From contig LWCA01000243.1 of NCBI GenBank assembly GCA_001642005.1, positions 1-37,005 on the forward strand: a DNA stretch of 37,005 bases. Reading direction: 5' to 3'. Source of the stretch: Intoshia linei (taxonomy: Eukaryota; Animalia; Orthonectida). The translations under genes were made by a program, and so were the position numbers. This document shows positions 22,952-32,881 of this stretch, piece by piece (position 1 is the stretch's first letter; the number at the start of each line of letters is the position of its first letter). The notes beneath the pieces were generated by a model that saw only the letters and a program-made list of their open reading frames with translations, did no database searches and was not told the origin of the DNA.

Positions 22952-25900
22952 TTAATTTAACATTTTTAAATAAATTAAATGTAATTCTTTATAATCAATT
23001 TTATTTGCAGATACAATAGTTACATTACGTTTTATTTCATCCTAATAAATGTTTTAATAAAATAAAAATTGACTGACTATTCAAAAATAAATCTGTTATA
23101 ATAATGTGTCACGCTAGAGATTCTCAAATACAGATCAGCTGCCTATTACAGACACATACAAAAAATTTACCAGTTTGCAGAAAAAATTAAATGTTTTACA
23201 TTTAATGTTTACAGTTCGTGGCAGCTAGTTGAGACTTTTTTTACCTGTTCGAATTCAATTTTAAAAAATTTATAGGGTTAATTTTTTTTCTGTGATCAAT
23301 ATAATTATCGTAAATTTTATTTATTCTTCACTACCCGAATGTTGTTAATATAATAATAATTACATTATAATATCGAATGTTGTTTTTCAACGTGAAACGA
23401 TATTGTGTACATTCCGCTTCATCAAATGTATCAAAATACTCCGAATTTTCTTCCTAAAAAAATACTTTACATATTCCAGTATTAATTAATTTCAAAATAA
23501 TTATGTAAAGTTTACATTGCACGCTTAATTATCAATAAAATTTAAAAGTATAATTTATTCTATATTCATTTATGAGAAGACAATACAAAAATCTTTTTAA
23601 ATTTAAAGAGTCACTGTGAGAAAAATATTGAGAAACCTTATAAATGACACGGTTCGAATACAGTGTACATTTACTGTGATTTTATACATCGACTTAAAAT
23701 TTTGTATACATTGTACAATACATATAAATTTGTATAAAGTACGTATAAATTTTTCTAAATAAAATAAAATTATTATAATCACACGGATTGCCCACGGAAG
23801 CACATAAACGTCCTGACACCGCAGGTTGCGCACCCCTGATCTAGTTGGATGAGAAAAAAAATTATGAAGACCCTCGGTGAATATTTAATATCTACAACTT
23901 TATTTAAATAAAAATAATAATTACATCATTTGAAAATTTTTCATCCAGTTCATTAGCTGTTATTGTCATAATTTTATTACCAATATTGTCAAAACATTTA
24001 GTCCAAACATTTCCAGTGTAATCAAAAATACAAGCATTCAATAAATACGAGTAATTAAAGTTTTTAAATGATTTTTGACATTTTTCACAATTGTATATAT
24101 CATTTGTGAATATCAGCTTTTTATAACAATTTTCTGAAAGGCAAGACTAAATTTCATATAATAAATGGTAAAAATAATAATCCTCGTTTATATATAAAGT
24201 AACTAGCTTGAATTTTATATTTTCCATATAAATAACAACTGGCCCGCTAAGGTCAGAGTTTTTAATTTAAATCCAATTTTTTAATTGATTATAGATAATG
24301 AATATATAATAATATACTATATTATTCTGCTCAAAATGTAATTTACTACATTTTTCAAAAGTCATATTTTATATATAAACTTGTATAATGAATCAATCAA
24401 AGCAATGATTATCAACATTGAATATATCTCAAAATTATAATATTTAATGTCACTAAATTAGGGGTGCCGGTGTGGAAAAAGATTAGTAAGTCATCATTTA
24501 AATGTAACCATATAAAATGCATCATATATTTATATATACCGTCAACCCTTTCAATTTGAACACAAGGTGTGCAAAATGTTTGAGTATTGAAGTTGTAATA
24601 GAATTACACGTTAATAATAATAATATAAATCATGTTATATTGTCAAATAAAATACCTTATAATAGGGAGAATCACGTTTAATTGTCATTATTGTTCCTAT
24701 GATGTCGAAATATTCCATTTTTTCACTTTTCATTTTATTTAAATCAAAAATTGTTTCAATTTTTTTTTCAGTTTCGATGTAATCTAGTGACATTTAAAAT
24801 GATATATTATATCAGGTATATAGTCAGGAATCCTGACTCAGGATATAAATCTAATGAATTTATGTTTGAAGTTTTAATAAAAAAATTTAGTTATCATTTG
24901 ATAATATTTGCGGTACACTGAAAACCATTTCTTAGTCAGTTTGTTAGACTATCTTTCACCAAAGTTTTTTCTTTTTAACAGTTTAGTGTACTACCCTGTC
25001 GAAGGTCGTTCAAAATATTTCAGCAGAATAATGCATCAATCCATAAATCTCAAGAAACAAAAAGGTGGCTAAATTCAAAGATGTTAAATGTTTTGGGATG
25101 ACCGGTATGCTCTCCAGATCTAAATCCTATTGAAAACTTAGGGGAAGTTTCTTTCTCGCATGATATATAAGAATGACACACAATATAGAAATTTAAAGTA
25201 GTTAAAAACGACAATTCAAAAAGCCTGGACATCCATACCAGCATATACAATTTCTACCCTCATTTCTAGCATGGACGACAGGATTTTTGAGGTTATAAAG
25301 AAACATGGTGGCCACACGCATTCTTGAACCGTATTTATATTATATATTTTTATCATTTTATCAAAAATAAAACTTTAAAATGATAATTGTGCTATAGTTT
25401 TGTCACACATGAAATACTTATATTTTCGATAATTAGTCATTATTATTTTTTTACTTACCATATTATAATTTCGACAGTAAAATATTTATTTCAATGACAC
25501 AGAAGATTACGTAATGTAATAAATTTTAATTTTTAAAAATAATTTGGAAATATCAAAATTTTAAATGTCCTATAGTTTTGTCGCGGAGTGTTTGAGTTAA
25601 TTGCAATAAATACTACATATTTATATTTGTATTCACATAAAATCAAATTCACTCAATATCATACCTTTAGTAAGTTCTTGAAAATCATTCGAATTAGCTT
25701 CAATATTATACCATCCTTTTAAAATGTGAGCTTCTTCAATGTCAAAATTAATAAATAACTGAGAATTTCCTGAAACAGTTAATTGTAATCCTAAATGTTT
25801 AATAAACACAGTTTATAGTAACGTAAAAAAATTATTTTCATAATCCTTACTTATATAATATGCTACGTAATATTTTTTGTGTGTGTGTTACCGTTTATTT

Positions 25901-28900
25901 CAATAAATACGATCTTAGAATTTTATAAAGTCCACATTTCAATTACATTTTTTGTCGGAGTGTTAGCAAAATAAATTTCAACTTCCTAAACTCACATCTT
26001 ACGGGTCAAAAAGCGCAATTGTTTTTTTTTTTGAAAATCAAACAAGTCGAGAGTTTGAAAAAATATATACTCTGATACGGATTTAAAATCACAAATATTA
26101 TCATAAATTTAAGTTTAAAAAAATATATCTTCAAGGTCAAAACTCCAAATTACCTTTTTTTTAATGGAAACAGCCCTAGAATTTTAAAAAATTTAAAGGT
26201 GGAACAGTTGTATCCTTTTAACACACAGAAAAAATTTCAATCTGAATAAGTGCGCCTTCATGGTCAAAAAAGCATTTTAGTTTTCATATATTTTTTTTCC
26301 GAAATATTTTATTAAAACAAAGAATGTGAAAAAATTAACAGTCCGAAAATTAAAAAAAAAATTATTCTGATAGAGCTTATTCCAGTTTGATATAAATACA
26401 GACAACCCGAGAAATCTACGCATTGCCAGTGAAAAATAATTAATAATATATTATCAACCAGATTTTTCAAATATTTTGATTAAAATAAAAATATAAAATG
26501 TAAATATTAATCCTACAATTTCAAAAAAAATGTGCATTGTACGTCTACACATTTTCAATAAAGACATATGGGTGAAAATCTATATAATTCATTCCTTCGA
26601 AATTTTTTTCATTGCTACGCAATTTTTAAATTTCAAATACAGTTATGTTTCGATTATGAATAATGTACAACGTTAAATTTTAGTTTATTTAGAAACAATT
26701 TTAAGCCAATAATATTTTTTACAATTATAGATATGTAATTTTGACTTTACATTTAACTCAAAATAAACTAAAATTTAACATTGTACATTATTCATAATCG
26801 AAACATTACTGTACTCATTTTCAAAACATTTTGTTTCAAATTTAAATTATAACTACAACAACGATTACTAAAAGTAATACAACTTTGTTATAATAATAAA
26901 TAAGTTTTTATATTTTTATTTTTTTTGGAATTTATGCTGTTTGTACTTAGTACATAACAGTCAACCTAGTTAATATATATTACTGTTAAAGCATATATTA
27001 TTTATATATTATTTGGTAGCGCTGTGGAATTTTTTTCCCCATCAAATATTTTAAATTTACATATACCATTATAATATCCCATTTTTGCAGATTTAATAAT
27101 AATAACTGGATGATCATCGTATTCAAGATTGATCGCCTATTTATAAAATATAAATATAGATATATGTTTATATTTTCATTATCTTTAGAGGTTATTAATT
27201 ATTAATTATAATTTATTATAATAATTATTAATTAGCCTAATGTAATTATTATTCATAAATTTCAAAATTCACCGTAAAGCTTCGGTTAAAAACAAACCCA
27301 ATTTTGTTAACGCGATATTGTAGTAATTGTTTAAAATGGAACCGATAATAAATCTTAAAAATATAAATTTCAGTCACTTCCCCATGTATTTCACATTAAT
27401 TTCCAATTTTCAAGTAAAATATGAAACTGTATATTATAACAGAGTATAGTCTCCATTGGGTAATATAGATAAGTCATAGGTTAAGAAAAGTTAATCTTGT
27501 TGACCCGTAACGATCCACAGGACTAAAGATGAAATACATTTTGTGAAAAATTAATAGACTTTTCCAATGAGATAATAATTAATAAAAATCTACCATTTCA
27601 TCCCATAAAGTACACGTAATGAGTAAATTTGATTTATCAACTATAACCACGTTTCTTTTTGACAAATTTTTACCATTTTTAGAATTTACAATAACAATAT
27701 CATCAACCTTGTGAATTACTCCGATAACATCTAAAATACAAATTTTTCAATATTTGATTCAATCTAAATTACCAACGTATTCCTGTTTACAGTCAATTAA
27801 TAAATTGTATCCAATAAAATTAAATGGAATTTTAGGTACATTATCTGATTCAAATGATGGTGTTATAATCGTATTTTTTGTAAAAAATAGTTCATAATTA
27901 TTGTTAGTTGAGCTATATTTTTTGTTGGCTAATTTTACGTTAGCTTTAGAAATGTAATACACCTAAAATTAATATTTTTTAATTTTAATAATTGTTAATT
28001 ATAATTAATATATGTTTTATATAATTCCGGTTTTCTTCAAGTGCATTATATTTTTGAGATAGTATTTTAGAGAAACTAACACTATGTTTCTTTTTACTGC
28101 AATTTATTGCATTTCTCATACCGTACCGCCCGGTATTTTTATTATTTCTAAAATTCGATAAAAACATTAACACACAGTTAATATAAAATGATAGAGCAGG
28201 GGTCGGTAACCTTTTGTATCTAGTGGTCCACTTTTTTAAATCAAAAAATTCTACGGGCCCCGTTTATGAAAATTCATACATGATAAATTTCAATTTTAAC
28301 TGAAGATAAACGTTTCAATATAAATAAAATAATCACATATATACAATAATACAATAAAATTCAGGGCAATCTGAAAATTCAGTATTAAAATGATTATAAT
28401 GAGCCAATTATACTAGAAAATGTTTAAAATAGTGTTTAAAAGTTGCAAAATAAATAATTCACATATTATTATTATTATTACATATTTACTCAAAGGGCCA
28501 CCAAAAATATTATGCCGACCCCTGCTCTAGATCAGTGGTTCTCAACGGTGAGCGAATCGCCCATTTTCTAATATACAGGGCGATTTTTCTATTTTATTTC
28601 ACAAAATACATAATCTAAAAAATATCTAAAAACAGTTAATAAATTATAAATATGTCAAAATCTTTTAACAATTTTCTGATATTTAATTTATTCATTAATA
28701 AATACATGTATATTTAAGAGTTCAATATTTTCTTTTTTTAATTTGAATCGAAAAAGGTATTATTTCTATATATGTTACCTTATCTTTTATATTTTAAACA
28801 TGTATAATAGTAATACCATACAATACTACCATATTTATGTTACCATATACAATATTAGCAGTTTCCAACTACATGTCCTTGAACCACAACCGCCTTCATA

Positions 28901-31900
28901 ATAAAATTAAAATAATTTGATATTGAATTAAGGTCGTTGAAAAGTTAGTAATGATACTTAATCATGTCAATGAGATTTGAGTATGCGTGAAAAATAAAAT
29001 GTGAATTACCGGATCGTGATAAAAAAGTTTCAATACATTATAATATATGATTACTGTACCTGATTAACGTGAATTTTTGAAAAATAATTATCAACAAGTG
29101 TTCCAAAGCATGTGCATCTTATTGGACCAGAAATATCAAATATTTCAAAAGAAAATAGCTGTCCCGTGCCTTTTGTGTTTTCAAAATGTTTGATATCAGA
29201 TTTGGAAGAAATTCTCCCATGAATTCTCCATCTAAATCGATCGTTTAAATTTAACTGATTCGAAAATTTCAATAATTTAAATTTTAAATAAACCTATTTT
29301 GATATGGAGTTATTGCAACAATTTTGAAGAATTTAGTTGACCCGTTTTTAATAATATCCAAGCTATCACCATTTTCTTTTATTTCTAAAATATATTAATT
29401 AACCAACCAACAAGCATAAAATATATAGTTGAAATATTAAGCTTTTTTGATATTTTTAACTTAACTTTTAGAGTTTCAAAATTACTTATTATTAGAATAT
29501 AATCGTCAATTATATTTATAATTATAAGGACAAACTAAGATTTTTGGATTTTTTGTATTTTTTCACATAATTTCGCTCTAACGTTGTTCAACATGCATTA
29601 TTCAAGTAAAAAAGTTATCAATTATCTGATATTTGTTAAATGTTGCCTAAAAGTGAATAGCTTATATGAAACGTGAATTTAGTTCACTAATATCACATTT
29701 AATTGTATATCAATGTTTATCAACCTTTTTTCCTACATTACTCATATTATAGTACTTATTACGACATTATCCACAATATTTTTTTAACTACATATGAATC
29801 ATTAGGCTCTTAGAATAAGCGCGATATAAATTTTTTAAAAATCTATTTATACAAAATAGTAAAATAAAATTTTTTTAACAAAAAAAACGTAAAAACCATT
29901 TACGTTTCGTCGATTTATACAAAAATTCTCTTTACATTTTTATAATGATATAGCTCATGTTTAAAATCTCAAAATTCTCTTTCATATGATAGTAATTTTG
30001 TCTGGGTACTATAAAGTCTTGATTATTCGAAAATTTGAAAAACCGGTTATCGAATAATTCCGGTTATTTAAACAACTATTATCCGATTAATCGGAATTTA
30101 AAATTTTCAACATAAAAACCAATAATCCCGATTTTTGTTTGTGAGTGTGTTACAACTTTATTAAAATAACTACCAGTCTTAGAATTTTATAAAGTCCACA
30201 ACATCCCAAACTCACATCTTACGAGTCAAAAACCCAAATTGTTTTTCTTTTTGAAAATCAAACGAGTTGGAGAATTTAAAAAATATATACGCTGATACGG
30301 ATTTTAAAATCATAAACATAATCATAAATTTAAATTAAAAAAAAATATATTTTTTAGGGTCAAAACCCAAAATTACCCTTTTTTTTTTAATGAAAACAGC
30401 CCTAGAATTTAAAAAAATTTACAGGTAATACAGTTGTATTCTGTTAACACACAAAAAATTTCAATCCAAATAAGTGATGCTTCACGGTCAAAAAAGCATT
30501 TTAGTATTCATATATAAATTTTTGAAAATCCGATTATTCGAAATATATTTCGATTATTTTTCTCCGATTATTGTAAGCGATTAACCGGGTTTTAGATTAA
30601 TTGATTAATCGGATATCATTCCCTACTGGGTAGACAATAATAAGTTGGAAATTGTCTATTAGTGTTATCCATGAAAAATATCAAATTACAGAAAAATACC
30701 TACAGGTTGAGAATCACTGTTGTATATAGTAATTACCATAATTGGAACTTTTCAAATTCATTTTCATTTTTTTTGCAGGTGAATTGGTAATGTTGGTTGT
30801 AACAATGTTCAATTGTTGCGGACATCCCAAAATTGTATTTATTGTAGTATTTTCATTTAGTATAGTAAATAAGTTGATGTAAATAATGAATCTAATATTA
30901 TAATGAAAATATGATAATGATTATATTAATTATTAATAATATAAATTAAATAAACATGTTCTTAAAAGTTTTTAGATTATAATCATTTAGCCTTATCACT
31001 GCATATTCTCTAACACTATTTTCACTCAACTTTGGATAATTTGTGTTCATAATTTGGCAATCTAAATATACAAAATTCAATTTTATTTTAAAGATATATT
31101 TATATCAAAATATCATAAACTATTACCAAAATATTAAAGTTTTAAATTAAAATACAGACAGGCTAACTAGTCAATAAATATTGATTAATCATAATTAATT
31201 CACTAAATAATGCTTTTCGAGTATGATGGATGTTTTATTTCAAAATGAAACTTGCAATAATTAAACGTACATATTTGGTATGTATTAAATTTTCACAAAT
31301 AAAGACCATCGTAAATAATGGCGGGTGTTTGTTAGTAAACCATATACTCTCATATGGTCATTACTATAACCAATATATTGGTATTCACCGAAAAAATACT
31401 TTATTCAATTTTTTTAAGTACATTATCCATAGCATAAAATTAAGTACAATATTTATATTAATATCAAGTATACCATTAATTTATGTATGTCAGTATTTAA
31501 AAGACTGACAAGGCTAAATAAAAAGTGAATTGGTATCTCTTAAAATGTTTGTCAAAATTAGTCATTTCATCCAAATTTCGACAATCTGGACACCTTACTT
31601 ACTTAAAACTTGAACTTACTTCAAATTGTCCATTCATAATATTAAATTGTCAATCTATATGTAGTAATAACAACACTTTTCAAATACAAATAGTTTTTAA
31701 TTTGAAATTAATTAAAAGATAGAAAATGTGAAATTAAAAAGTTACAATCACACTTGTAAATTCCGTCAGAAATGATTAATCTAAGTCGCAATGATCCATT
31801 TTTTTTTGAAACGATTGATTTTCTATAAATAACTTGAACAACAGGCATTTCAATTCGTTCACCGCCAGTCAAGCACTAAATTATAAAAGTACATTAAACC

Positions 31901-31977
31901 ACTAAAATCATTTAGTCATTAAAAATTACTTCAATTGAACCTTTGGATAGCTTTGAAAAAAAATTTTCATTCAACAT
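22952..31977 (-). CDS. RPA1: Replication protein A 70 kDa subunit (complete, 14 exons, 584 aa)
   Basis: Exons: 31930-31977 (MLNENFFSKLSKGSIE), 31746-31875 (PVVQV..LRLIISDG), 30956-31061, 30737-30891, 29294-29384 (ITPYQNR), 29060-29231 (WRIHGRISSKS..GQLFSFE..IRCTCF), 27773-27962 (VYYISKANVKLANKKY), 27594-27730 (DVIGV..KRNVVIVDKS..TLWDE), 27067-27136, 25665-25790 (EAHILKGWY), 24656-24783, 23925-24146 (CLSENCYKK..YNCEKC zinc ribbon), 23364-23453, 22952-23041 (TAA). The total is 1755 nt, in frame. All four OB folds and the ssDNA-stacking aromatics of DBD-A/B are present. Confidence 0.93.
24900..25590 (+). mobile_element. Tc1 (DD34E) transposon relic, 3' half, inside an RPA1 intron
   Basis: FQQNNASIH..WL..VLG*PVCSPDLNPIENL (34 residues between the mutated D and the E) and LISSMDDRIFEVIKKHGGHT. 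Right TIR ..TCCTATAGTTTTGTCGCGGAGTG with an inner repeat CTATAGTTTTGTC near 25392. Confidence 0.8.
25844..26969 (+). mobile_element. Non-autonomous Helitron with internal extra sequence and a nested MITE
   Basis: A|TCCTTACTTATATAATATGCTACG ... GCTGTTTGTACTTAGTACATAACAG-TCAAC-CTAG|T. Confidence 0.8.
26640..26811. mobile_element. TA-flanked Tc1/pogo-type MITE nested in a Helitron
   Basis: Near-perfect TIR of about 50 bp, CAGT(T/A)ATGTTTCGATTATGAATAATGTACAA(C/T)GTTAAATTTTAGTTTATTT, with TA on both sides. Confidence 0.8.
28197..28524. mobile_element. hAT-type MITE, followed after 8 bp by the left end of another (CAGTGGTTCTCAAC at 28533)
   Basis: CAGGGGTCGG...CCGACCCCTG with subterminal GGGCC motifs. 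Confidence 0.7.
30010..30625. mobile_element. hAT-type element with CGATTA subterminal repeats enclosing a Helitron internal fragment (about 30130-30515)
   Basis: Right end ..ATTAATCGGATATCATTCCCTA, flanks CTGGGTAC (30002-30009) and CTGGGTAG (30626-30633), and many CGATTA(A/T)TCG motifs at both sides. The centre matches the Helitron body. Confidence 0.6.
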
Positions 31978-32246
31978 GATTTAAATTTGAAACTGAAAAA
32001 TTATAAAATAATGAATAATAATTTGAATTATGATGAGATAACGATAAGAAATTGCGCCAGGTCTTTTAACAGGTAATATTATATAGAAACCAAAGGTTCA
32101 CATATAGCAACTATACTGAAATACAAACAAATAATGGCGCAATTATTAAAAATAACGCTACAGGGAATAATTTAATATTTATGGAAATCAATTTGAAAGG
32201 CAAAAAAAAGTAAATATGTGCATATAAATATTTTTATTATAACAAA

Positions 32247-32804
32247 TTATTTTATTTTTTTCTTATTTTTCTTTAGAGTTATTAAGTCTTTAGTTTGTGA
32301 AATTAATTTTTTTGAATTTTTTAGATAATAACTAGTTAACCATTTGTTTTTACGTATAGATTTGTTTTTCATATCAAAATAAACTCTTTTTTCCCATTCA
32401 AGTGAAAAATTGTTGGATTGAACAAAAGGGCTATTTAATTCATTTAAATGATGATTCTTTTTGAAAAGTAAAATTGATAAAAACACACAACTCTTTTTTT
32501 GATATTCCTCTGGGTTTTTAGTTTTAATGGACCAAACTTTTGATAATTGAAATAAATTTATGTACTTTTCTTTGCTAATTTCTGAAAAAATGACAATTTT
32601 TTGATATAATTTGCAATCACCAGTATGAAAAAGTATGAAATTTATTTCTTCATCATCAAATTTATTCAAACAGCCTTTTAATGTTGTTGATATTGTAGAA
32701 GATTTTGTTGTATTCACAAAAACACAATTTGACTTTGATAAATAGTTATTGATAAAAATATCATTATCATTTAATAAATTAATTATTCCTAGTTGCTCAT
32801 CCAT
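32247..32804 (-). CDS. Intronless hypothetical protein, 185 aa, basic C-terminus
   Basis: A 558-nt ATG-to-stop ORF is unlikely by chance at this AT content. It fills the gap between RPA1 and the PTP gene, with AATAAA at and after the stop. No family confidently recognised. Confidence 0.65.
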   Translation of the reverse strand: MDEQLGIINLLNDNDIFINNYLSKSNCVFVNTTKSSTISTTLKGCLNKFDDEEINFILFHTGDCKLYQKIVIFSEISKEKYINLFQLSKVWSIKTKNPEEYQKKSCVFLSILLFKKNHHLNELNSPFVQSNNFSLEWEKRVYFDMKNKSIRKNKWLTSYYLKNSKKLISQTKDLITLKKNKKKIK

Positions 32805-32881
32805 ACAATCAAATTTAATTTCGTTATAGATTCACTAAATAAAGTTTATTCTGAAATATTTCAATTTTTAATTATTCAAAT
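32805..32881. promoter_or_regulatory. Candidate minimal bidirectional promoter
   Basis: 77 bp between divergent ATGs, containing the palindromes AATAAA-G-TTTATT (32838-32850) and TGAAATATTTCA (32852-32863). Confidence 0.4.

Noticed and set aside
22952-31977. RPA1 as Helitron cargo (some autonomous Helitrons encode RPA70-like proteins)
   Set aside because: It is a full-length four-OB-fold gene with 13 introns. The Helitrons lie inside its introns or downstream, and no RepHel ORF or enclosing termini are seen.
31978-32804. Orphan ORF as an extra 5' coding exon of RPA1
   Set aside because: The acceptor-like AG at 31993-31994 is followed by TTT CAA ATT TAA, an in-frame stop before the RPA1 ATG.
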